A DNA stretch of 61,928 bases, the filler included. It is 16 parts of 16 records of this genome, joined end to end, with 100 filler letters (N's around TTAATTAATTAA, not from the genome) between each part and the next. Parts side by side here need not be neighbours in the genome. Positions count along the whole stretch, not along the records: positions 1 to 2,075 come from SRR11831580_220; positions 2,176 to 4,928 come from SRR11831580_223; positions 5,029 to 9,158 come from SRR11831580_251; positions 9,259 to 15,834 come from SRR11831580_272; 12 more parts are not named here. One strand, written 5' to 3'. The number at the start of each line of letters is the position of its first letter. The stretch's first letter is position 1. The translations under genes were made by a program, and so were the position numbers. Positions 1 to 11,247 of the stretch are shown here, one piece after another. A model generated the notes under the pieces. That model saw only the letters and a list, made by a program, of their open reading frames with translations. It did no database searches and was not told the DNA's origin.

Positions 1-1067
1 AAAACAGGTTTTGTCACTTTAACCGGCATTTCACGGTTGCGAATTTGCACAATCGCCGTTTCGCCAATACCTTCCGGCACGCGCGCCAGCGCAATGCTGT
101 AACCCAGCGTCGGGGAGAAAGTACCGCTGGTGATAATGCCTTCATGCTGGTTGCCCTGCGCATCGGTAAAGCGTACCGGCAGTTCATTACGCAGCACGCC
201 TTTTTCGGTCATCACCAGACCAACCAGTTTTTCTGTACCATGCTCACGCTGCACTTCCAGGGCTTCACGACCGATAAAGTCACGATCTGCCGGTTCCCAG
301 GCGATGGTCCAGCCCATGTTGGCGGCTAAAGGAGAGATGGTTTCGTCCATCTCCTGACCATAAAGATTCATGCCCGCTTCCAGACGCAGCGTGTCACGCG
401 CGCCCAAGCCACATGGCTTAACACCCGCTTCCACCAGCGCACGCCAGAAATCGGCCGCTTTTTCATTGGGCAGCGCAATTTCATAGCCCGCTTCACCGGT
501 ATAACCAGTGGTGGCAATAAACAGATCGCCCGCCTGCACGCCAAAGAACGGTTTCATCCCTTCCACCGCCTGACGCTGGGCGTCATTAAACAGTGTGGCA
601 GCTTTTGCCTGCGCATTCGGCCCTTGCACGGCAATCATGGAAAGGTCATCACGAACGGTAATTTCGATGCCGAAAGGTTCAGCGTGTTGGGTAATCCAGG
701 AGAGGTCTTTTTCGCGGGTGGCGGAGTTAACAACGAGGCGGAAGAAATCTTCAGTAAAGTAGTAGACGATGAGGTCATCTATCACACCGCCAGAGGCATT
801 CAACATCCCCGAGTAAAGGGCTTTGCCGCTTTTGGTGAGCTTCGCCACATCGTTCGCCAGCAGATAACGCAAAAACTCCCGGGTGCGGCTGCCGCGAAGA
901 TCGACGATGGTCATATGTGACACATCAAACATTCCGGCATCGGTACGTACCGCATGATGTTCGTCGATTTGCGAACCGTAATGCAGCGGCATCATCCAGC
1001 CGTGGAAATCCACCATGCGAGCGCCGCAAAGCGTGTGTTGTTCGTACAAAGGAGTCTGTTGTGCCAT
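1..1067 (-). CDS. gcvT: Glycine cleavage system aminomethyltransferase T (3' end runs off the window)
   Basis: Minus strand from ATG at 1067 reads [10 protein letters not shown]... and reaches ...[10 protein letters not shown] at the window edge; absent from the ORF track because no stop lies in the window. Confidence 0.96.
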
Positions 1068-1440
1068 CTTGTCCTCATTGAATAAGCGGGGCTGACAACT
1101 TTTTCATGGTGAAATTATCACCACGAAACCCAGCATCGGAGCCACTCCCGGTCCCCAACGCAATCGTTCTCTTTTGCCTGAACTTACCACCGAAACAGAC
1201 TGTTAACCATAAGGTAAAATTGATCATCACATTAGCTTATGGTTAAAAAATGCAAAAATCGCGACAGAATAAAAACCAAAAATACACCAGTTTCTATACA
1301 AAGATGATGTGATGAGAAAGTCAATTTGAATAAGACAATATTAAGAGCTAAAAAAATGTCAAAAAACACTAAATCAAAAAATAATGGCATTAGAAAATAT
1401 AATGCGAAAACGGAGGTGAAATTAGTTTATTTCAAATGAG
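1068..1440 (-). promoter_or_regulatory. gcvTHP control region, with a PurR-like box at ~1158-1173 and an inverted repeat at 1203-1246
   Basis: ACGCAATCGTTCTC resembles the PurR consensus; TTAACCATAAG...CTTATGGTTAA is an inverted repeat; A-tract-rich. The region is known to be regulated by GcvA, Lrp and PurR. Confidence 0.65.
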
Positions 1441-1444
1441 GAAA

Positions 1445-1470
1445 ATCTCCCGGCGAAAAAACCGGGAGAT
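1445..1470 (-). terminator. Stem-loop downstream of ubiI
   Basis: ATCTCCCGG-cgaaaaaa-CCGGGAGAT inverted repeat. Confidence 0.6.
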
Positions 1471-1512
1471 GAAAGTGTGATGGGTATCAAATAAACAACA
1501 GAGGAGAAATTT

Positions 1513-2075
1513 TTAACGCAGCCATTCAGGCAAATCGTTTAATCCCATTGCCTGGCGGATAAGTTGCGGCTTAACGCCAGGAAGCGTGTCGGCCAGTTTC
1601 AAACCAATATCACGCAGCAGTTTTTTCGCCGGATTGGTACCGGAAAACAGATCGCGGAATCCCTGCATACCAGCCAGCATCAACGCCGCACTGTGCTTGC
1701 GGCTACGCTCATAGCGACGCAGATAAATGTACTGCCCGATGTCTTTCCCCTGACGATGCAACCGTTTCAGTTCGGCAATCAGCTCTGCAGCATCCATAAA
1801 GCCGAGATTTACCCCCTGCCCCGCCAGCGGGTGAATGGTATGTGCGGCGTCGCCCACCAGCGCCAGACGGTGCGAGGCAAACTGGCGCGCATAACGCCCC
1901 GTCAGTGGGAACACCTGACGCGCGCTCTCAACCTTGCATAAGCCCAGGCGATTATCAAAAGCGATATTTAACGCGCGATTAAATTCGTCTTCACTTGCCT
2001 GCTGCATCCGCTGCGCTTCCTCTGGCGACAGTGACCAGACAATCGAGCAAAGATGCGGATCGCTAAGCGGTAAAA
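1513..2075 (-). CDS. ubiI: 2-octaprenylphenol hydroxylase (VisC), C-terminal part
   Basis: Flavin monooxygenase motif GDAAHTIHPLAGQGVNLG; ends NDLPEWLR; 5' end cut by the linker. Confidence 0.95.
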
Positions 2076-2175
2076 NNNNNNNNNNNNNNNNNNNNNNNNN
2101 NNNNNNNNNNNNNNNNNNNTTAATTAATTAANNNNNNNNNNNNNNNNNNNNNNNNNNNNNNNNNNNNNNNNNNNN
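2076..2175. other. Artificial contig linker (44 N + TTAATTAATTAA + 44 N), first of 15
   Basis: Identical 100-bp spacers also at 4929, 9159, 15835, 20583, 22735, 25608, 28027, 35963, 40364, 42944, 47711, 50058, 54777 and 57302. Confidence 0.99.
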
Positions 2176-2652
2176 CAGAATAGCGGTAATCACCATCTCA
2201 ACTGCGAAAGCCTGCACAAAATTGATATGAGGATTAGGGTAAGTAGAGAAAGTGCCAGCCAGATCAACACTTTCAACGCTGCCGCGAACAATGTGATGAG
2301 TCTGCTCGAAGTCGAAAAATAAATTGTAGTAAAGCCCGTAAACTAAAGCCGCAGCACAGAAAGCGCCGGCAACTTGTGAAACGATAAAAGGAATAACTTT
2401 GCGCTTGTCGAAACAGGCAAACAGCCACAATGCAATGGTAACAGCGGGATTAAGATGCGCGCCGGAAACCCCTGCGGTCAGGTAGATGGCCATTGCCACC
2501 CCCAGTCCCCAAATGACACTGATTTCCCACTGACCAAAAGACGCACCAGCGACTTTTAGTGCTGCAACGCAACCCACACCGAAGAAAATCAACAACCCGG
2601 TACCGAGGAATTCAGCAATGCACTGGCCTTTCAAGGTTGATGTTTGACTCAT
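2176..2652 (-). CDS. glpF: Glycerol uptake facilitator (aquaglyceroporin), N-terminal part
   Basis: MSQTSTLKGQCIAEFLGT; MIP-family SGAHLNPAVT motif. Confidence 0.97.
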
Positions 2653-3028
2653 AATCGGATCCTGAAGAGTTAATGTTTGTTGTATGCGTGAAAGTCACGG
2701 ACCTCCACGATGCTTGTAGGCATGCTGTAAACTTATCGTTAACGAGCAAAAACGAGAAATATCGAACTTAAAATGTGTGTGCCTCGTCATAAAATGAGCG
2801 TTATCGCGCCATTTATTCCATCTGATTGTACATGATGCATGTTTGTTAGATCATTCGCGCAACAAATTTATTAACATTTTCGATTGATGTGGATTATGTC
2901 ACCAGGAGAAGGATGAAAAGTGTGGCAAACCGTAATCTGCAAGGCGTGCCGCTGGACAGCGATGGCGCGGCTTCATACAATCGGAGCTAACTAAAGTGCG
3001 CTCGTATTTATTAAGGCGTCACCGGTAA

Positions 3029-3321
<293 letters not shown>

Positions 3322-3376
3322 TTACGCTTCATCTTCCGCGTAATTTCTTTACTGTGTAGGCCAACAGGTAACGCAG

Positions 3377-3404
3377 AAAAAAGGCACCTTGCGGTGCCTT
3401 TCTT
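3377..3404. terminator. Bidirectional terminator between convergent zapB and rraA
   Basis: AAAAAAGGCACC-ttgc-GGTGCCTTTCTT. Confidence 0.75.
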
Positions 3405-3405
3405 A

Positions 3406-3891
3406 TCATTCAATATCCAGCGGATCTTCTGAAAGAATAATCCCGGTATTGTCGGCATAAAGATGGTCGCCGGAGAAGAAGGTGACACCGCCAAAATTGA
3501 CGCGGACATCGCTTTCGCCAATGCCTTCGCCAGCGGCACCAACCGGAATTGCCGCCATCGCCTGGATGCCGATATCCAACTCTTCCAGGTCATCTACCTG
3601 ACGCACCGCGCCGTAAATGACCAGACCTTCCCATTCATTTTGTACTGCCAGACGCGCCAGTTCAGCATCGACCAGTGCGCGACGAACAGAACCACCGCCA
3701 TCGACGACAAGAACACGACCACGGCCATTCTGTTCGAGCAGATCGTACAGCAACCCGTTGTCCTCGAAACATTTTACCGTGATTATTTGTCCGCCAAACG
3801 ACGCCCGTCCGCCAAAGTTGGAGAACAGCGGTTCCACGACGTTAACATCTTCTTGATAGATGTCACAAAGCTCGGAAGTATCGTATTTCAT
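3406..3891 (-). CDS. rraA: RNase E inhibitor RraA (MenG)
   Basis: 161 aa, [23 protein letters not shown]. Confidence 0.97.
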
Positions 3892-3983
3892 AGGCTTAAC
3901 ATTCAGTTGCTGCGAGAATTTTCAGTATATCGCGCTATGTGGGCTGTTGGCAAAATCATCAATTGTTAATTGATATTTGTCAG

Positions 3984-4910
3984 TTATGCTGCCCACTGGC
4001 TTAGGAATATCCCTAAAACAAACAGCAGGTTAGTCAGTAACGCTCCCTTGACAGTACGTTCCAGCATTGGTCGCATCGCCACCGGGTCCATTTCCCGCAT
4101 CACATAACGGGCTTGCTTCACCAGTAATGGTGCCGCCAGCAGGAACAGCCAGCCCCACAGGCTATGCAGCGAAAAGAGATTAAACAGCGCCAGACACACC
4201 AGCGAGCCCATCAGCAGGCAGGCATGATAACGACGCGCGTTCACTTCACCTAAGCGCACCACCAGCGTGTTTTTGCCATTTTCGCGGTCGCTATTGATAT
4301 CACGCAGGTTATTAATATTCAGTACTGCCGTTGCCAGCAGGCCGCATGCGGTCGCCGGAAGGATCAGTGCCGGAATCAATGTATGAGCCTGTAAATACCA
4401 GCTCCCCATGACACTCAACCAGCCAAAGAAAACCAGTACGGAAATATCACCCAGACCGATATAACCATAAGGACGATTGCCCACGGTGTAGGTGATAGCG
4501 GCAATGATCGACAACCCGCCAAGAATCAGGAAACCGACAAAATCGGCCAGCGTATGGCATGCCACTGCAACCAGTGCCAGCCCGGAGAGACAGATGAGCA
4601 CGACGGTAATAATGAGCGCCCGTTTCATCTCTTGCTGGGTAATGACCCCTTTTTGCATGCCGCGTAGCGGCCCAATGCGGTCAGGTTTATCGCTGCCTTT
4701 TACCGCATCGCCGTAATCATTGGCGAGGTTAGAAAGGATCTGTAATAGCCCGGCGGTAATTAGTGCCAGCAGGGCGACCAGCGGATCGAAGTGACCTTGC
4801 CACCATGCCAGCGCTGTCCCGACGATAATTGCAGCAAAGGCGAGGGGGAGGGTTTTAGGTCGTAAACTTTCCAGCCACGCCTGAGTTCGGCTAATTTGTT
4901 GTTCAGTCAT
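3984..4910 (-). CDS. menA: 1,4-dihydroxy-2-naphthoate octaprenyltransferase
   Basis: 308 aa from MTEQQISRTQAWLESLRPKTL; UbiA-family NDYGD and NNLRD motifs. Confidence 0.97.
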   Translation of the reverse strand: MTEQQISRTQAWLESLRPKTLPLAFAAIIVGTALAWWQGHFDPLVALLALITAGLLQILSNLANDYGDAVKGSDKPDRIGPLRGMQKGVITQQEMKRALIITVVLICLSGLALVAVACHTLADFVGFLILGGLSIIAAITYTVGNRPYGYIGLGDISVLVFFGWLSVMGSWYLQAHTLIPALILPATACGLLATAVLNINNLRDINSDRENGKNTLVVRLGEVNARRYHACLLMGSLVCLALFNLFSLHSLWGWLFLLAAPLLVKQARYVMREMDPVAMRPMLERTVKGALLTNLLFVLGIFLSQWAA

Positions 4911-5028
4911 AATACGCGCCAATAAAAANNNNNNNNNNNNNNNNNNNNNNNNNNNNNNNNNNNNNNNNNNNNTTAATTAATTAANNNNNNNNNNNNNNNN
5001 NNNNNNNNNNNNNNNNNNNNNNNNNNNN

Positions 5029-5491
5029 CGGGGTTGACGATTCTGTTGATCACCACGAAATGGACGTTGTGAAGCGCATTTGTGATTGCGTGGCGGTCAT
5101 CAGCAATGGAGAACTGATCGAGCAGGACACGGTAAGTGAAGTGTTCTCGCATCCGAAAACGCCGCTGGCGCAGAAGTTTATTCAGTCGACCCTGCATCTG
5201 GATATCCCGGAAGATTACCAGGAACGTCTGCAAGCGGAGCCATTTACTGACTGCGTGCCGATGCTGCGTCTGGAGTTTACCGGTCAATCGGTCGATGCCC
5301 CACTGCTTTCTGAAACCGCGCGTCGTTTCAACGTCAACAACAACATTATTAGCGCGCAGATGGATTACGCCGGTGGCGTTAAGTTCGGCATCATGCTGAC
5401 TGAAATGCACGGCACACAACAAGATACGCAAGCCGCCATTGCCTGGCTGCAGGAACACCATGTAAAAGTAGAGGTACTGGGTTATGTCTGA
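5029..5491 (+). CDS. metN: Methionine ABC transporter ATPase, C-terminal part
   Basis: ...[17 protein letters not shown]...NIL domain...VEVLGYV; directly precedes metI; 1-nt miscall near the contig start in the LITHEM motif. Confidence 0.95.
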
Positions 5492-6137
5492 GCCGATGAT
5501 GTGGCTGCTGGTTCGTGGCGTATGGGAAACGCTGGCAATGACCTTCGTATCCGGTTTTTTTGGCTTTGTGATTGGTCTGCCGGTTGGCGTTCTGCTTTAT
5601 GTCACGCGTCCGGGGCAAATTATTGCTAACGCGAAGCTGTATCGTACCGTTTCTGCGATTGTGAACATTTTCCGTTCCATCCCGTTCATTATCTTGCTTG
5701 TATGGATGATTCCGTTTACCCGCGTTATTGTCGGTACATCGATTGGTTTGCAGGCAGCGATTGTTCCGTTAACCGTTGGTGCAGCACCGTTTATTGCCCG
5801 TATGGTCGAGAACGCTCTGCTGGAGATCCCAACCGGGTTAATTGAAGCTTCCCGCGCAATGGGTGCCACGCCGATGCAGATCGTCCGTAAGGTGCTGTTA
5901 CCGGAAGCGCTGCCGGGTCTGGTGAATGCGGCAACTATCACCCTGATTACCCTGGTCGGTTATTCCGCGATGGGTGGTGCAGTCGGTGCCGGTGGTTTAG
6001 GTCAGATTGGCTATCAGTATGGCTACATCGGCTATAACGCGACGGTGATGAATACGGTACTGGTATTGCTGGTCATTCTGGTTTATTTAATTCAGTTCGC
6101 AGGCGACCGCATCGTCCGGGCTGTCACTCGCAAGTAA
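5484..6137 (+). CDS. metI: Methionine ABC transporter permease
   Basis: 217 aa, EAA-loop-like [10 protein letters not shown]. Confidence 0.97.
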
Positions 6138-6176
6138 CGTTCAACACAACATAAATAATTGAAGAAGGAATAAGGT

Positions 6177-6992
6177 ATGGCGTTCAAATTCAAAACCTTT
6201 GCGGCAGTGGGAGCCCTGATCGGATCACTGGCACTGGTAGGCTGCGGTCAGGATGAAAAAGATCCAAACCACATTAAAGTCGGCGTGATTGTTGGTGCCG
6301 AACAGCAGGTTGCAGAAGTCGCGCAGAAAGTTGCGAAAGACAAATATGGCCTGGACGTTGAGCTGGTAACCTTCAACGACTATGTTCTGCCAAACGAAGC
6401 ATTGAGCAAAGGCGATATCGACGCCAACGCCTTCCAGCATAAACCGTACCTTGATCAGCAACTGAAAGATCGTGGCTACAAACTGGTCGCAGTAGGCAAC
6501 ACTTTTGTTTATCCGATTGCTGGTTACTCCAAGAAAATCAAATCACTGGATGAACTGCAGGATGGTTCGCAGGTTGCCGTGCCAAACGACCCAACTAACC
6601 TTGGTCGTTCACTGCTGCTGCTGCAAAAAGTGGGCTTGATCAAACTGAAAGATGGCGTTGGCCTGCTGCCGACCGTTCTTGATGTTGTTGAGAACCCCAA
6701 AAATCTGAAAATTGTTGAACTGGAAGCACCGCAACTGCCGCGTTCTCTGGACGACGCGCAAATCGCTCTGGCAGTTATCAATACCACCTATGCCAGCCAG
6801 ATTGGCCTGACTCCGGCGAAAGACGGTATCTTTGTTGAAGATAAAGAGTCCCCGTACGTAAACCTGATCGTGACGCGTGAAGATAACAAAGACGCCGAGA
6901 ACGTGAAGAAATTCGTCCAGGCTTATCAGTCTGACGAAGTTTACGAAGCAGCAAACAAAGTGTTTAACGGCGGAGCTGTTAAAGGCTGGTAA
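6177..6992 (+). CDS. metQ: Methionine-binding lipoprotein
   Basis: 271 aa, lipobox LVGC. Confidence 0.97.
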   Translation: MAFKFKTFAAVGALIGSLALVGCGQDEKDPNHIKVGVIVGAEQQVAEVAQKVAKDKYGLDVELVTFNDYVLPNEALSKGDIDANAFQHKPYLDQQLKDRGYKLVAVGNTFVYPIAGYSKKIKSLDELQDGSQVAVPNDPTNLGRSLLLLQKVGLIKLKDGVGLLPTVLDVVENPKNLKIVELEAPQLPRSLDDAQIALAVINTTYASQIGLTPAKDGIFVEDKESPYVNLIVTREDNKDAENVKKFVQAYQSDEVYEAANKVFNGGAVKGW

Positions 6993-7027
6993 TTTTTAGG
7001 CTGTTTCCACAATTTGTAATATCATTC

Positions 7028-7058
7028 AGGACGGGCGCTTGCCCGTCTTGTCATTTTT
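7028..7058 (+). terminator. Terminator after metQ
   Basis: AGGACGGGC-gctt-GCCCGTCTT followed by a T-rich tract. Confidence 0.6.
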
Positions 7059-7109
7059 ACAAGCTCCTGATTCAATATTGACGTTTTGATCATACATTGA
7101 GGAAATACT

Positions 7110-7514
7110 ATGCGTGCTTTACCGATCTGTTTAGTAGCACTCATGCTAAGCGGCTGTTCCATGTTAAGCAGATCCCCTGTCGAACCCGTTCAAAGCACTG
7201 CACCCCAGCCGAAAGCGGAGCCTGCAAAACCGAAAGCGCCGCGCGCCACGCCGGTCCGAATTTATACCAATGCAGAAGAATTAGTCGGCAAACCGTTCCG
7301 CGATCTCGGTGAAGTCAGTGGCGACTCTTGCCAGGCCTCTAATCAGGACTCTCCGCCGAGCATTCCAACCGCACGTAAGCGGATGCAAATCAACGCCTCT
7401 AAAATGAAAGCCAATGCTGTATTACTGCATAGCTGCGAAGTCACCAGCGGTACGCCAGGCTGCTATCGTCAGGCTGTATGTATCGGTTCTGCGCTTAACA
7501 TTACGGCGAAATGA
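7110..7514 (+). CDS. rcsF: Rcs stress sensor lipoprotein
   Basis: 134 aa, lipobox LSGC, Pro-rich linker, 4 Cys in the folded domain. Confidence 0.97.
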   Translation: MRALPICLVALMLSGCSMLSRSPVEPVQSTAPQPKAEPAKPKAPRATPVRIYTNAEELVGKPFRDLGEVSGDSCQASNQDSPPSIPTARKRMQINASKMKANAVLLHSCEVTSGTPGCYRQAVCIGSALNITAK

Positions 7515-8218
7515 GCAGTTTCCAGTTCGAGCAAATAGGCGTTATTCGCTCGCCCTATAAAGAAAAGTTCGCCGTTCCGCGCCAGCCAGGTCTGGTAAAA
7601 AGCGCCAACGGCGAACTGCATCTCATTGCTCCCTACAACCAGGCCGACGCCGTTCGCGGCCTGGAAGCGTTCAGCCATTTATGGATCCTTTTCGTCTTTC
7701 ATCAAACGATGGAAGGCGGCTGGCGTCCGACTGTGCGTCCACCGCGCCTCGGCGGTAACGCCAGAATGGGGGTTTTCGCAACACGCTCTACTTTCCGCCC
7801 TAACCCAATTGGCATGTCGCTGGTAGAGCTGAAAGAGGTTGTTTGCCATAAAGACAGCGTGATTCTGAAGCTCGGCAGTCTGGATCTGGTCGATGGTACG
7901 CCGGTAGTGGATATCAAACCGTATCTCCCCTTTGCCGAATCGCTTCCCGATGCCAGTGCCAGCTATGCGCAAAGTGCGCCAGCTGCAGAGATGGCGGTGA
8001 GTTTTACCGCAGAGGTCGAAAAGCAGCTTTTGACGCTGGAGAAGCGTTATCCGCAGTTAACGCTGTTTATCCGCGAAGTACTGGCGCAGGACCCGCGCCC
8101 GGCCTATCGTAAAGGTGAGGAAACGGGCAAAACCTATGCCGTCTGGCTACATGATTTTAACGTTCGCTGGCGCGTCACCGACGCAGGTTTTGAAGTCTTT
8201 GCGCTGGAACCGCGTTAA
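7511..8218 (+). CDS. trmO: tRNA m6t6A37 methyltransferase (TsaA/YaeB)
   Basis: 235 aa with GVFATRSTFRPNPIG and DGTPVVDIKPY motifs. Confidence 0.96.
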   Translation: MSSFQFEQIGVIRSPYKEKFAVPRQPGLVKSANGELHLIAPYNQADAVRGLEAFSHLWILFVFHQTMEGGWRPTVRPPRLGGNARMGVFATRSTFRPNPIGMSLVELKEVVCHKDSVILKLGSLDLVDGTPVVDIKPYLPFAESLPDASASYAQSAPAAEMAVSFTAEVEKQLLTLEKRYPQLTLFIREVLAQDPRPAYRKGEETGKTYAVWLHDFNVRWRVTDAGFEVFALEPR

Positions 8219-8328
8219 ATTCACGCCCTTCTCTTTTGACATTTCTTTTGCACTGGTAAACTAAATCACTTTTTTTGTCCCAGGCTCGCCTTGAGCCTGT
8301 TCTACCTTCCAACTGGAACCGTAACAAC

Positions 8329-9158
8329 ATGCGTACTAGCCAATACCTGCTCTCCACTCTCAAGGAGACACCTGCCGACGCCGAGGTGATCAGCCATCAG
8401 CTGATGCTGCGCGCCGGGATGATCCGCAAGCTGGCCTCCGGGTTATATACCTGGCTGCCGACCGGCGTGCGCGTTCTGAAAAAAGTCGAAAACATCGTGC
8501 GTGAAGAGATGAACAACGCCGGTGCGATCGAGGTGTCGATGCCGGTGGTTCAGCCAGCCGATTTGTGGCAAGAGAGTGGTCGTTGGGAACAGTACGGTCC
8601 GGAACTGCTGCGTTTTGTTGACCGTGGCGAGCGTCCGTTCGTACTCGGCCCAACTCATGAAGAAGTTATCACTGACCTGATTCGTAACGAGCTTAGCTCT
8701 TACAAACAGCTGCCGCTGAACTTCTATCAGATCCAGACCAAGTTCCGCGACGAAGTGCGTCCGCGTTTCGGCGTCATGCGTTCCCGCGAATTCCTGATGA
8801 AAGATGCTTACTCTTTCCATACTTCTCAGGAATCCCTGCAGGAAACCTACGATGCAATGTATGCGGCCTACAGCAAAATCTTCAGCCGCATGGGGCTGGA
8901 TTTCCGCGCCGTACAAGCCGACACCGGTTCTATCGGCGGCAGCGCCTCTCACGAATTCCAGGTGCTGGCGCAGAGCGGTGAAGACGATGTGGTCTTCTCC
9001 GACACCTCTGACTATGCAGCGAACATTGAACTGGCAGAAGCTATCGCGCCGAAAGAACCGCGCGCTGCTGCTACCCAGGAAATGACGCTGGTTGATACGC
9101 CGAACGCGAAAACCATCGCGGAACTGGTTGAACAGTTCAATCTGCCGATTGAGAAAAC
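8329..9158 (+). CDS. proS: Proline--tRNA ligase, N-terminal part
   Basis: [19 protein letters not shown]; class II motif 2 [17 protein letters not shown]. Confidence 0.97.
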
Positions 9159-9258
9159 NNNNNNNNNNNNNNNNNNNNNNNNNNNNNNNNNNNNNNNNNN
9201 NNTTAATTAATTAANNNNNNNNNNNNNNNNNNNNNNNNNNNNNNNNNNNNNNNNNNNN

Positions 9259-9667
9259 GTTGGGGGCAGATGACTACCTGGTGAAGCCATTCGCTTTTGC
9301 TGAACTGCTGGCGCGGGTGCGCACATTACTGCGGCGCGGGGCGGCGGTGATTATCGAAAGTCAGTTTCAGGTTGCCGATTTGATGGTCGATCTCGTCAGC
9401 CGCAAAGTCACCCGCAGCGGCACGCGCATCACTTTGACCAGTAAAGAGTTTACTCTGCTGGAGTTCTTCCTTCGCCATCAGGGCGAAGTGCTGCCCCGCT
9501 CGCTTATCGCCTCGCAGGTATGGGACATGAATTTTGACAGCGATACCAATGCTATTGATGTGGCGGTGAAGCGGCTGCGCGGCAAAATCGACAACGACTT
9601 TGAGCCGAAGCTAATTCAGACCGTGCGCGGCGTGGGTTACATGCTTGAGGTGCCGGATGGTCAGTAA
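9259..9667 (+). CDS. cusR: Copper response regulator, C-terminal part
   Basis: [10 protein letters not shown] receiver end plus OmpR-type winged helix, ends EVPDGQ. Confidence 0.95.
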
Positions 9668-11099
9668 GCCATTTCAGCGCCCGTTTTCGCTGGCAACCCG
9701 CCTGACCTTTTTTATCAGCCTGGCCACCATCGCGGCGTTTTTCGCCTTTGCATGGATCATGATCCACTCAGTAAAAGTTCATTTTGCCGAGCAGGATATT
9801 AATGATTTAAAAGAGATTAGCGCCACCCTTGAACGGGTACTAAATCACCCTGACGAAACGCAAGCCCGACGCTTAATGACGCTGGAAGATATCGTCAGTG
9901 GTTATTCCAATGTGTTGATTTCCCTGGCAGATAGTCAGGGTAAAACGGTGTATCACTCCCCCGGTGCGCCGGATATCCGCGAGTTTACGCGTGACGCCAT
10001 ACCCGATAAAGACGCTCAGGGTGGCGAGGTGTATCTCCTTTCCGGCCCGACGATGATGATGCCAGGCCACGGTCACGGGCATATGGAACACAGCAACTGG
10101 CGGATGATTAACTTGCCGGTTGGCCCGTTGGTGGACGGCAAACCGATTTATACGCTCTACATCGCGCTTTCGATCGATTTTCATCTTCATTACATAAATG
10201 ATTTGATGAATAAACTTATTATGACCGCATCGGTAATCAGCATCCTGATCGTCTTTATCGTACTGTTGGCGGTACATAAAGGTCACGCGCCGATCCGCAG
10301 CGTCAGCCGTCAAATCCAGAATATTACCTCGAAAGATCTCGACGTTCGCCTCGACCCGCAGACCGTGCCCATTGAGCTGGAACAGCTGGTACTGTCGTTC
10401 AACCATATGATCGAGCGTATTGAGGATGTCTTTACCCGCCAGTCCAATTTCTCAGCGGATATCGCTCACGAAATTCGCACACCAATTACGAATCTCATAA
10501 CGCAAACCGAAATCGCCCTCAGCCAGTCGCGCAGCCAGAAGGAGCTGGAAGATGTGCTCTACTCTAATCTCGAAGAGCTGACGCGAATGGCGAAAATGGT
10601 CAGCGATATGCTGTTTCTCGCTCAGGCCGATAACAACCAGCTAATCCCCGAAAAGAAAATGCTCAACCTGGCGGATGAAGTCGGCAAAGTGTTCGATTTT
10701 TTCGAGGCGTTAGCGGAAGATCGCGGCGTGGAGTTGCGGTTTGTTGGCGACAAGTGTCAGGTCGCGGGCGATCCGCTGATGCTGCGTCGGGCGCTAAGCA
10801 ACCTGCTTTCGAACGCCCTGCGTTATACGCCAACCGGAGAGACAATTGTAGTGCGCTGTCAGACGGTCGATCACCTGGTGCAAGTTATCGTCGAAAACCC
10901 CGGTACGCCCATTGCGCCCGAGCACTTACCGCGATTGTTTGACCGTTTCTATCGCGTTGACCCCTCCCGCCAGCGAAAAGGTGAAGGTAGCGGTATTGGC
11001 CTGGCGATAGTGAAATCGATTGTTGTCGCGCATAAAGGCACGGTTGCGGTAACGTCGGATGCGCGGGGGACAAGGTTTGTTATCACATTACCCGCTTAA
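9657..11099 (+). CDS. cusS: Copper/silver sensor histidine kinase
   Basis: 480 aa from [11 protein letters not shown]-box [10 protein letters not shown]; Met/His-rich periplasmic segment. Confidence 0.97.
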
Positions 11100-11247
11100 T
11101 CCTTCAGCAAACGGCAACTTTTATAACCAGTGTAAAAATAACGTGCCGCAATAGTCATACCTATTAATGGTAAAAAGCTGTCACAATTCATAAAAACCTT
11201 AATATACGCCACCCTAAACATAACCAGCGTTAATGTAAGGTTTTTGT